Made by a program: the position numbers and the translations under genes. Shown piece after piece: positions 27,824-38,811 of a stretch of DNA of 64,000 nt; position 1 is the stretch's first letter, and every line of letters starts with the position of its first letter. The stretch comes from Phaeosaccion multiseriatum (taxonomy: Eukaryota > Protista > Ochrophyta, other classes), in contig OZ218961.1 in NCBI GenBank assembly GCA_965112735.1, forward strand, positions 1,550,001-1,614,000. Reading direction: 5' to 3'. The notes beneath the pieces were generated by a model. That model saw only the letters and a list, made by a program, of their open reading frames with translations, did no database searches and was not told the DNA's origin.

Positions 27824-30800
27824 GAAGCGCGACGCTCCCGCCTCTGCGGATTCTCGGGCAACTGCCCCCCCTCTGAAGAAGCCGAAGAAGCAAGGACGTG
27901 AGTCCAAGGCTCGGGCTTGCTTCAAGTGTGGCAACTCTGATCACACGGTCTATACTTGCCCGCAGCTCAAGAACAAAGCGGAGCGCATGAAGGTTATGAG
28001 CGACCGCAACCTGCCTTGGAACCCTCCCAAGAACTATGAGGTCAGTACTCTGACCACTGCTGATGACTTACTCTCGCACTCTCCCACTGATGGAACAATC
28101 TCTCTCTTTTCTTCCTCTCCTGCTTCTTTGCATGCTCTTACGCATCAAACAGGACAACTGAAGAAGCGCTCTCTCGAGTGCTTAGTCGACACCGGTGCGG
28201 AGACCTTTTGCCTCCTTCCCAGGCCTGTGGCGGACGAGATGGTAGCAGACGGAATGGATGTCTCCATTCGCGCTCTTCCTAAGCCGGTGCAGCTGCAGCC
28301 TTTTGGATGCAGCACCTCACAAGTCATCACGCATGAGCTCAGCAACTTTCACTTTCACATTCACACGGACGCGGGTCCTCTCTCTTCTGTCGCACTTCCA
28401 TCTCTCACTGCATTGCTCTTTGAGCCGCGCGAGGATGAGGCCCCTCTCTTCTACCTAGGGAAAGGGCTGGCCCAACAGTTGGGTCTCGCGCTGCCCCGAG
28501 AGCAGCTTCGACAGCAGGCGGAGAAGCAAGCCGCTGTGGCTGGTTCGGAAGTGCCCTTTGAACTGCGCAACTCCACTCCCACTGATGCGTCTTCTGCAAC
28601 GGTGCGCGTGAGTTCGTTGTTACAAGCGGGTGCTTCTCTTGCTTCCTTGCCTGAGCAGTATATAGGCGACAACGCTAACTTTTCTATCGATCTCTGGGAC
28701 TGCTCTTCTGATGATGTGTATGCTTCGCAATACACCTCTGACGAAGTCTTCCACGTAGCTTCCGCCACCTTTACTGCTCGCAGTGAAGTTGGCACCTCTA
28801 ATAATGAACCATTGGCCCGCTACGATGATCCTCTCCCTGAGGTGTCTGATTCTCCCGTCTTACCGGAAACTCAAATCAAAGAAGCTCTGCTCCCCATTGC
28901 TCAATCAGCAGTAGGCTTCTCCGACACCGCAGCTCTCTACGAGGTCCTTACCTCACACCCGGAAGTATGGCGAGGCAAAGCGCTCTTGCATGACCCTCCT
29001 GCCAAGGTCGACCCCATGGTCATTCGCCTCAAGGACGGAGCGGAGCCCATCTGCCAATTGCCCATCTACCAATCCGGTGCCCGTCGTGACTTTCTTCGAG
29101 ACTTCACGGACGAGCTCTCCAAGTTCGGATATCACTATCCAAACCCTCAGGCCGTCTGGGCCAGCCGCGCTTTCTGTATCCAGAAGCCCGGCAAGCCTGG
29201 ACAGTTCAGGCAGGTAGCTGACTACCAAGAGGTCAACCTTCGCACTCTTCGCTCCCGCTTTCCCATGCCCAATCTCTCTGAGATCAGTGCCAAGATGCGC
29301 GGAGCACGCTTCTTCTGTGAGCTTGACCTTGCCAACATGTTCTGGCAGCTGCCCCTCGATCTCTCCAGCCAAGAGATCCTCACCTACTGTACCCCTGACG
29401 GGAAGTTTACTCCCACGCGTGTGACTCAAGGCATCCTCAATGCCAGTGAGTTTGCACAGAGCACTCTAGCTAAGTGCCTCTCTGAACATTTCGGCACCAA
29501 CCTTGTTACCTGGATCGACAACATCACCATCTGGGCCCACACGGAGGAAGAGTTCCGCTCCATTCTTCAGTCTGTGCTCGATGCACTCGCCAAGGCCGGT
29601 TTCAAGCTCGGGCTCTCGGGTGTATCCATCGGCAACTCGCAAAAGTTCTGCGGGAAGATCTATGATGGCGACGGCGTCAAACATGACCCTGTCAAGATCC
29701 AAGGTCTCCTCGACCTCGAGGAGCCCAAGAACGGTGCTGAGTTGATTCAATTCGTCGCCGCTGCTGGCTGGATGCGAGACTGCATCCCACGCTTTGCAGA
29801 GCTCGTCGCTCCTCTGCAAGAGCTCAACCAAACCGTCTTCTCCGCAGCTGGCAACCGCAAGCAGAGACGTCACCCTGACGCCACTGCCGCTCCTACTCCT
29901 CGCACCAAGCGTGTCGCTCGCTCCGTCTCCCTCTCTTCGGTGGGGTGGGGCCCTGAGCACTCCAAAGCCTTTCAAGCTCTGAAAGACGCTCTGGCAGATC
30001 AAGTCAAGCTTGCTCATCCTGACCCTGACAAGGCTCGCTGTGTCTTTCCTGATGCCAGTGATCTCCATTGGGGGAATGTGGTGACGCAAGTGCCCATTGA
30101 GGACCTCAGCAAGCCCATCGCCGAACAGCGCCATGAGCCTCTTGCCTTCCTCAGCGGTAGCTTTGCCGGAGCTCAGCTCAACTACGCCACCATTGACAAG
30201 GAAGCCTTTGCTATCCTCCAGTCCTTTGAACGCCTGCCTTGGCTGATGTCTGGTGTGCACCTCTTCATCTACACTGATCACCGCAATTTGCAATACTGCT
30301 TCAGGCCCAGTAGCATCATCAGTGACGTACACAAGCCAGCACGCGAGCGATTGCAACGCTGGTCTGTGTTCCTCTCGGGCTTTGATTATGAAATCGCCCA
30401 CCTTAGTGGCGAGCTGAACGTGTGGGGTGACATGACCTCTCGCTTCCGCTCAGTCCCAGGCTCTGCTACAAAGCCTCTTGATCCTCCGGAAGACCACACT
30501 GTACGCGTGAGTGCCCTCCAACGCACCTTCTCTCCAGGATCAGTGCACGACTCCATGGACAGTGACTTTGAGTGGCCCTCTCTCGCGGAGATTCGCTCTT
30601 CTCAAGCGGCTGCCCAAGGCACGCTCACTCTCGAAGCGCTTGCAGCTCAGCAGCACCTTGCTTCTTTGGAGCATGATGCCAACTTCGACGCCATTGTGGT
30701 ACCTCAATCGCCGTCTTCACGTCCTCTGTGGATACCCAATGACGACATTGACCTACAAGTCCGACTCTCTGTCATTGCACATCAAGGATCGGCAGGGCAT

Positions 30801-32602
30801 CGCGCTGCCGACACCACTCTCTCCGTTCTCTCGGAACGATTCCACTGGCACACCATTGGTGCCGACCTGACTCGCTTTGTTGACCTCTGCCTCCACTGCC
30901 TCACCAACTCCCATGGGCATCGCATACCTCGCCCTCTTCGCGGTGCGGTCCACCCTACCAAGCCCAATCAGATGATTCATTTCGACTTCGTCCACATGCA
31001 TGACTTGGGCTGCACCTCCTTGCCATACCTGTTGGTCATCCAAGATGCCTTCAGTGGTTACACAATGCTCAACGAATGCGCTTCCACCACTGCCGACGCA
31101 GCTGTCGGTGGATTGATGCGCTGGTTCAGCACATTCGGAGTAGTGAGCAAGTGGCAGAGTGATCGAGGCAGTCACTTCCTCAACCATGTGATGAAGCGCC
31201 TAGCGACTGAGCTTCGCGCTAAACATCGCTTCTCGGCTCCATACTCTGCTTGGAGTAATGGTCTCGCTGAACGAGCTGTACGCACTGTCGTTTCAGTCTA
31301 CCGCTCTCTCCTCTCTGAGTTTCGCATTGACGCGGACGACTACAATCTGATCACACCTCTGGTCCAAGCTGCCATCAACACCACGATCAGCTCGACCCGC
31401 AAAGAGACTCCACTCTTTCTGCACACTGGCCTACGTTCGACGACTCCACTTGATATCGTCTTGCAACAGGGCGACAGCTTCGATGTTGACTTCCAATCTT
31501 CGCCGCCAACTCTTGAACAGCTCAACCACTATGGTGCTCAGCTGCAAGCGGTTCTTGAAGAGAGACACGAACGGGTTGCTGCTCAACTTGAGCGCTCGCG
31601 GGCGACGGCTCGCGACCGTCACAATCGTCGTCTGGACACTACTCGTCTTGGACATCAACACCGCAAGGAGCTGGCTCTCTCGGCTGCCCTCAACTACGAA
31701 GGCCTCTACATGCCGGGCATCTATGTCCTTGTCGCTTCCAACAGCCGCTACTCCAAGCTCTCTGGAGTGTGGCAAGGCCCTTATAAAGTGCTGGAGGAGA
31801 TTGACACTCTGGTCTACAAAGTGCAACACCTTGTCTCGAAGCAAACCTCTGAAGTGCACGCTTGTCGCTTGCGCTACTACGCTGACCAGCATCTCAATGT
31901 CAGTACTGAGCTACTTAAGCAGATCTCACACGACTCAGCCTCCTGGGTCGTCTCCGCCTTCAAGGACCTACAACGTCCCTCTCAAGGCGCTCCCTGGCAG
32001 GTTCACACCTCCTGGAAGGGCTTCAATGCCACCGACGATACTTGGGAACCTTTGACAGTCATGAATGATGACGTTCCTGCTCTTTTAGAGCAATTTCTCT
32101 CCTCTTTCCCTCGTCGCTCTTTGGCGGAGGATGCTAAGCGCTTCCTTCGGTCTCGCGGCCCCTCGTCACGCCGACGCCCGCGAGCAGGCCGCCGATAAGG
32201 AAACCCTTCGGGAACCCTTTTTGGTTACTTTTATTCATATGAACATGTTCTCTCTCTCTCTCATCTTCTCTTTTAGCATTTAGTTTAGTCACGCTCTCGT
32301 TAGTCGAGCTTCTCTCTCGAGGGGGAAGTGTTGCCCCTACAGCCTCATATTCATTGCCTTAGTACGTGTAACTGTCACCATGCCCATATGACATCTTACG
32401 TGGCACAATGAGGTGGCACACAGCCCACCGGGAGTAGTAGTCTGTGGCGCTCCCTCACTCTTAGCTTATCCACCCTAAAGCTAAAGGAGACTCGGTTCTT
32501 TACTAGAGCTGAGGCAAGGCCTCCAAACTTTACAACCTTGCACCCATCTCTTCAAATATTGGCTCACTTTCCGACTTGCTAGCGATAGCGGGATTGGCTA
32601 CA
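26403..32602 (+). mobile_element. Element B: structurally intact, young Ty3/Gypsy chromovirus
   Basis: Identical 274-bp LTRs 26403-26676 and 32329-32602 (TG...CA); TSD CCTC; PPT GAGGGGGAAG 32319-32328; single uninterrupted ORF. Confidence 0.97.
26835..32198 (+). CDS. Element B Gag-Pol polyprotein (CCHC knuckle, PR, RT, RH, IN, chromodomain), 1787 aa
   Basis: CFKCGNSDHTVYTC; LVDTG; ELDLANMFWQ, VTQG, WIDN; FPDAS, DKEAFAI, TDHRNL; HQGSAGH..CLHC, SDRGSHF, SNGLAER, WQGPY; WQVHTSWKGFNATDDTWEP. Confidence 0.95.
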
Positions 32603-32993
32603 CCTCCCCCCCTGTTCCCCCACGCCGACGCTATCCTCACGCGCTGCGGTCGTGGTCCCCAGGGCTGCTGGCGAAGCAGCCCCGGGGCACCGTCAGCCTT
32701 CGAACTTGAACCCGTCCTGCGCCGCCAGAGTGCCCGCCACCATTGCTGCTACGGCTTCAGACATGTCGGACTCCTGGTGCAGCGCTCTGACCGCCTGCCG
32801 CCGCTGCACGCGACTCACAATGCCGAGCAGCTCCTCACGCGTAGCCGGGATGGCGTTGCATTCTATCCAGCCATGGCCGGCGCGGCGACAAGTCATGCAG
32901 TTAAATGGGGCATTGCCGTTGCCACGCTGCTTGACCGAGCCGTGGAACAGCAAGGGCCGCTGCTGGGTGGGCGTGAGCCGCGGCTGCTGCGCC

Positions 32994-33028
<35 letters not shown>

Positions 33029-34616
33029 TGCATTCACCCCCACCTCCTGTGACGGCTGATGGTCCAGATGCTGCTCCACCGAATTCACGGCCACTTCCAG
33101 ATGCTGCTCCACCGCATTCACGGCCACTCCCCCGCGCGGAGTGCGCAGACCACCACCACCACCACCACGGGCCCGCGGAGCCCCACCAGTAGAAGAGAGC
33201 GTAAGTGGGCTACCAGCCTGGAGCACACGAGTCGCGGAAGGAAATGCCTCCTTGTAGGCGGTGTAGAAGGCACTCCACGAGGGGGTCGCCGACTCCCAGC
33301 GCAGCCAGAAGTTGGTCATGCCGTCAGTTAATGGCAACGAGCCGGAACGAAGCCGAATGTCGACCTCTGGCCGCAGCACCGCCAGCAGGCCCGTAACCAA
33401 GGCTTGCTCATCCGTGGCCTGCCCCGTCACCTGCGCTAGACACAGAGAGAGTTCCGCCAGCTTGGTGAGCAGCCTGGCGAGCGCCTGGTTCACCTCAGCA
33501 GGAACGGTGGACGCTTCCAGAGGCTTGGCCTCCCGCACCAACGTCTGGACAAGCTGCTGGAGGCCGTCTCGCGCAACAGGAACGCCGAAGAGACGCAACA
33601 GACACCTCGCGAGCAATTGGAACTGTGCACTCTCCGTCTCCCACTCCAACGTGACGTGCCGGTCGCCCTCCATCCACGACGCACCCTTCTGAGCCTCCGC
33701 CAGGACAGTGGCCCGATCCACTGCACCCAAGTCGGCCAGCACTCGCTGCTCCATCACCCGCCCTTGGCCCGGAAGCACGGACCCAGTAGAAGTCAAGATC
33801 TCCTGTCCTTGCAGAATGCTCACCCAGTCGTACATGGTTGTGAGCACCACAGCACGAGGATGAGGCTGTCCAGCCGCATCGAATAGAGAGGGAAGTTTCT
33901 GCTCCTGGAGCACACGGATAGCACTCACTGGCGGCGTGATCGTCTGCACCGTATGACGGGCGGGCGCCTGCAGCACACCCAGTGCCTGCTGCCGTGCCCG
34001 CTCCCGCTCCCGTTCCATGTCCCGCTGTAGCATATCCTTAACCTGCTGCTGCAGCACCTCTACCCCCCCCTGTGCGGCATCCTTAACCTGCTGGAGCTGC
34101 GCCGCTAACAGCTCCCGCTGCATCGTCTCCACCTCCAACTGGGCAGCACCCTCAGGCGCAGCCGGCTGCGGCTGCGCCGCCATCTGTCGCTGCAGCTCCG
34201 CCGCCACCTGCTGCTGCAGCTCCACCGCAAACTCCCGCTGCTGCTCCGCCCTCGAGAGCCGCAGCACCTCCAGTTCCCGCTGGAGGGCCGCCGTCTCCGC
34301 CTTGCTCTCCCGCAGTTGGGCCGCCATGAGCTGCGCAGCTTGGTGCTGCGTCAGCATCTCAAGCCCCTCCTGGAGAACCCGAGTGTCCTCCTGCTCCGGT
34401 GTCTTCTCTCCCTCCGCTGGCTGATCCACCACCCGAGCCCCGCCAGACGCACCAACAAGAGGGACCAAGGGCGTTCCAACCACATCCCACACCGTGCTCT
34501 CCTCCTGGCCCACCGACTCTGCAGCACCCGAGTGGAAAGAAACCTCCGACTCCGCCACCGGCAGCGGCCTCACCCCAGCAGCAGGAGGGGAAGCGGCAGC
34601 AGCCGTAATCGCAGAC

Positions 34617-36224
34617 TGTAAAGAGTCACGTTGCTCTCCACCTAGGATAGGAGTAGCCGCATGGATAAGGTAATAGCAACCCCAAAGCCAGCCTGGCAGC
34701 CAGCCTTGTCTCCCTTAGCTTTATCCGTGAGCCATCCTAAACGACCAACCTGCTGGGAGGTGAGTGAGAAACGGGCCACGCACCGTTTCTCACCGTATTT
34801 GCCTGGGCCTGGGCCATTGACATAATACTGACTTTCAACATCCCCGTCAGCCATCCCTGCACTTCTAACATCCCCCTGAACTAAACTATTGCGTGTCCCC
34901 ACGCAACTCAAAGCGGGTTCGCCTACTAAGCTAAGCTCGACTTGTAGCAAAAGCCTCCATGTTGCTTCCAATAAAAACGGATGAGAAATATGCAAAACTC
35001 ACCCAGGTGTGTGCGACCGCTCCTCCAACACACACCCTCCTGTATTGGTGAGAAAACCCCACGACTCAAACTCACCCACACAGGCTCACGGATGAGAACA
35101 TCCCATGACTCAAACTCACCCGCGCAATTCTCTATCTCCACTCCTACTCGCCACCAGCGTTGCCAAAGCCGCGTTGCGCACCACTAATGCTGACTGCTCA
35201 AGTGTTTACTGGTGTGCCTACAAGGCACCCAGACAGTCCCTAAAGCAGCCTTGCGAGTATCCTTCTCTGTCTCCCGCCAAGCTCCGTGCAACAGCAACAG
35301 CCGCGCTGCTGCCACACTCGAAAGCCGTGCCCGCTGTAGGGCACCGCTCTCGGCAATTCTCTATCTCCACGGCCCACCAAGCTCCAGCAGCAATTTCCGT
35401 GCAACAGCAACATCCGTGCTGCTGCCACACTCGAAAGCCATGCCCGCTGTCTAAGGCACCACTCCCGGCAATTCTCTATCTCCACGGCCCACCAAGCTCC
35501 AGCAGCAATTTCCGTGCAACAGCAACATCCGTGCTGCTGCCACACTCGAAAGCCGTGCCCGCTGTAAGGCACCGCTCCCGGCAATTCTCTATCTCCACGG
35601 CCCACCAAGCTCCAGCAGCAATTTCCGTGTAACAGCAACATCCGTGCTGCTGCCACACTCGAAAGCCATGCCCGCTGTAAGGCACCGCTCCCGGCAATTC
35701 TCCATCTCCACTGCCCACCAAGCTCCAGCAGCAATTTCCGTGTAACAGCAACATCCGTGCTGCTGCCATACTCGAAAGCCATGCCCGCTGTAAGGCACCG
35801 CTCCCGGCAATTCTCCATCTCCACTGCCCACCAAGCTCCAGCAGCAATTTCCGTGCAACAGCAACATCCGTGCTGCTGCCACACTCGAAAGCCATGCCCG
35901 CTGTCTAAGGCACCACTCCCGGCAAACTCAAAGCTACCGAGCTGCTGCCTGAGCCTCTTGGCCAAGGTCAGCTGCCTTCGGGATTCTTTGGGTTAGTGGG
36001 GTTGTAAAGAGTCACGTTGCTCTCCACCTAGGATAGGAGTAGCCGCATGGATAAGGTAAGCAACCCCAAAGCCAGCCTGGCAGCCAGCCTTGTCTCTATT
36101 AGCTTTATCCGTGAGCCATCCTAAACGACCAACCTGCTGGGAGGTGAGTGAGAAACGGGCCACGCACCGTTTCTCACCGTATTTGCCTGGGCCTGGGCCG
36201 TTGACATAATACTGACTTTCAACA
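34617..36224 (-). mobile_element. Element T: non-autonomous TRIM-like LTR element carrying a tandem repeat
   Basis: LTRs 34617-34840 and 36003-36224 (near-identical, TG...CA); TSD AGAC; PPT next to 34841; no recognisable coding domain. Confidence 0.93.
35285..35925. repeat. 113-115-bp tandem repeat (about 5.5 copies) inside element T
   Basis: gcaattctc recurs at 35353, 35468, 35581, 35694, 35807. Confidence 0.95.
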
Positions 36225-37479
36225 AGACCCCTCACAAAAAGAGGGCGACTCCAGGGACTCCTCCCCCCTACGCAACGCCTCCCGCACACGGTCCAAAGCC
36301 CCAGGGCTGGCAGTGACCTCCGCAGGAGGAGCAGCAGCTTCCGATACCACCGACCCCACGTCCGCAGCACCACCATCAGCTCCACCGCCCTCAGCGTCAC
36401 TCGTAGCGCCCTCCGCCGATGCAAGACTCAGGAAGTCCATCCCCTCCTCCTCAGCCATTGCCACCCTAGCAGCGTGGCGACGCAGGAAGTCCATCCCCTC
36501 CTCAGCCAGTGCCACCCTAGCAAGCCTAAAGCCGTCAACGGCCTAACGCTGGGCAGCTGGAAGCAAAGCTCAAGCCAACACAATAAATCAGTCTCAAAGC
36601 TGGATCTCAGACCTGTGTCTTTCGGGTCTTCCGGGTTGTCGAAACTACCGACAGCTAGCCTCAAAGCCAAGCTAGAGCAGAGCAGAAGCTGAAGCAAGCA
36701 CCCGGAAGCCAGCCCACACGCAGGCTGCGCTTCCTTTCTTTATTACTGATTTACCGTCTAGTTGGCCCGTTTTCCGGCCGTTACACTACTGATTGGGTCC
36801 CCAAGGGACCCCAACTAGGCCACTTCTAACACGCAAGCACAGCGAACTACAAGCCCTGTTCTCTCCCATTGCCCACGTTCACACCGCTCACGAACCCCAA
36901 CGCCGAAAAATCCATCACCGCTTCTCTGCATCACAGGCAGGCCCCAAATTCCGCTCCATAGCTGTTGTGAGCGACCAAACGTCATGCCTCCGCCGTCGAT
37001 TACAGATAAGTGGCCACTGTGGAAAGTCGTGCTTAGACCTCCACGAAACGGACTAGACACACAGATAAGGTAGCAGCACCCCAAAGCTAGCCTGACAGCC
37101 GGCCTTGTATCTATTAGCTTATCTATGCACTGTCCTAAACGACCACCTACAGGAGGATAGTGAGAAACGGGCACCGTTTCTCACTGCGTTGCCTAGGCCT
37201 GGGCCACTGACATACGACTGACTTTCCACATCCCCGTCAGCCATCCCTGCACTTCTAACACTCCCCTGACAAGACTGTTGCGTGTCCCCACGCAACTCAA
37301 GCGTTTTCACCTACTGAAGCTCGACTGTAGCCACCAAAAAAACCGGATGAGAAATATGCAAAACTCACCCACCAGTGTGTGACGTGGCACTCCACAGGTC
37401 ACCCTGCCACACACCTGCCACGGCAGGGTGAGAAAGCCCAAGGCCTCAAACTCACCCTCCGTGGCTGCGCACGGCTGCG

Positions 37480-38811
37480 CTAGCGCTGGCTCGTCCCCAC
37501 CGTCACCTGCTGTCCCAGCGTTGCAACCGTACGAGGCACTCCATGCGCGGCCTGCTCCGTCGCCAGCAGCTGGGCCGCCTTCTCGTCCATCAGCTTCTGC
37601 AGCCGCGCCTGCGCCGCTTCCACTTGCTGCATCCGATCCTTCAGAGAGAGAGGAGGCCGGTCCAACCAGGCCGGACGATCCGCTGCAATCTCCTGCTGCC
37701 ACCGGCGCTGCCTTGCCGGATCACACTTCATCGCGTCCATCTCCTGCTGCCACTGGCGCTCCTCCTCAAGCTGCCGCTCTGCCGGATCCCTGACCCCGTC
37801 GGGCCTTACCTTGCGCTTCTTCGACCGCCGCCCCCTCCTCTTTGGCCGCGCACCAACTTCGGTAGTGGAACCAAGACCACTGAGAACACCATTCACCCGC
37901 ACTACAGGCTGAGCCACAGCCCGCAGTGCGTCCTCCCGCTCTTGCCAGTCCCGCACTTGCTGTGCCCGCGTGCTCTCCGCTTGAGCCTGCGTGTGTACCT
38001 CTTGCAGCTTGCGCTGAGCTTCCTCAGCCAAGGCAGCTTGTTGCGCCTGCTGCCGTCTCTCTTTCTCCCCGACGCGGCGCCTCTCCACCCGCTCCTGAGC
38101 CGCACACACACGCGCCCGCTCCAACTGTTCCTCCTCCAGCCAAACAGACTCGCGCTCCTGCCGCTCCCGCTCGAGGACCGCAGCAGACACTGACCCCTCT
38201 GCAAGCGTGACGCCAGCCTGCTCTACCTGCTCCTCCTGAGCCTGCGCTTGCGCCACCCGAAGCCGAGACTGCGCCGCGGCCGCCACCGTCAGCTCTAGCG
38301 TCTGCAACTCCTTCGAGGCTCTGCGCTGTGCTGCCTGCCCTGTCGTCGTCACGGCCTTCAACAGCTGAGCAAGGACGCGCTTGTATTGCTCAGTGCGCTG
38401 CACAAGCGTCACCACCACCTGGGAAGCTGTACCCAAGCCGTACCGCTTCCCTGCATCCACCATCTTCCTCACCATGGCTCCGGTGGTCGGTTCGGTAGGG
38501 CAGCGAGAGAGACAGTGCTCCTTCTTGCAGTGAAAGCACGAAAAGACTTGCCCTGCCCCACAGTCGACCTTAGATCGTTTCTGCTTGCTGCCCGACCCCA
38601 CCTGTGCAGCAGCTACCTGCACCTCCGACTGCTGCCTTGGATCCCGACCCAATAGCTGGCCCAGTAGCACCGGAAGTGCTGCAAGGTCCATCCTGATTCC
38701 ATGCAGCTCCTCCATCAACCGATTGACCATGTCGTGATCCCCCATCGGTTCCTCCTGGGACCAGCCAGTACGCTTACTCTGTGCCAGCCGATCGCCGCGC
38801 CATGCCGGCAT
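37480..38811 (-). CDS. Gag-like zinc-knuckle/coiled-coil protein of unit P, left arm
   Basis: CFHCKKEHCLSRC knuckle; ESVWLEEEQLERARVCA resembles element A ESVWMDARGLERVRACA. Confidence 0.6.
   Translation of the reverse strand: MPAWRGDRLAQSKRTGWSQEEPMGDHDMVNRLMEELHGIRMDLAALPVLLGQLLGRDPRQQSEVQVAAAQVGSGSKQKRSKVDCGAGQVFSCFHCKKEHCLSRCPTEPTTGAMVRKMVDAGKRYGLGTASQVVVTLVQRTEQYKRVLAQLLKAVTTTGQAAQRRASKELQTLELTVAAAAQSRLRVAQAQAQEEQVEQAGVTLAEGSVSAAVLERERQERESVWLEEEQLERARVCAAQERVERRRVGEKERRQQAQQAALAEEAQRKLQEVHTQAQAESTRAQQVRDWQEREDALRAVAQPVVRVNGVLSGLGSTTEVGARPKRRGRRSKKRKVRPDGVRDPAERQLEEERQWQQEMDAMKCDPARQRRWQQEIAADRPAWLDRPPLSLKDRMQQVEAAQARLQKLMDEKAAQLLATEQAAHGVPRTVATLGQQVTVGTSQR

Larger units (their letters stand above)
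32693..36515 (-). pseudogene. Element A gag, split by element T
   Basis: ORF 36515-36225 rejoins ORF 34612-32693 in frame after removing T and one AGAC copy (...FCEG-SAITAAA...); zinc knuckle CMTCRRAGHGWIEC. Confidence 0.85.
16506..36831 (-). mobile_element. Element A: degenerate Ty3/Gypsy LTR retrotransposon (gag-PR-RT-RH-DEDDy exonuclease-IN-chromo-like), interrupted by elements B and T
   Basis: LTRs 16506-16728 and 36637-36831 (TG...CA, related but clearly diverged); PPT 16729-16752; Gypsy domain order; no matching TSD. Confidence 0.9.
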
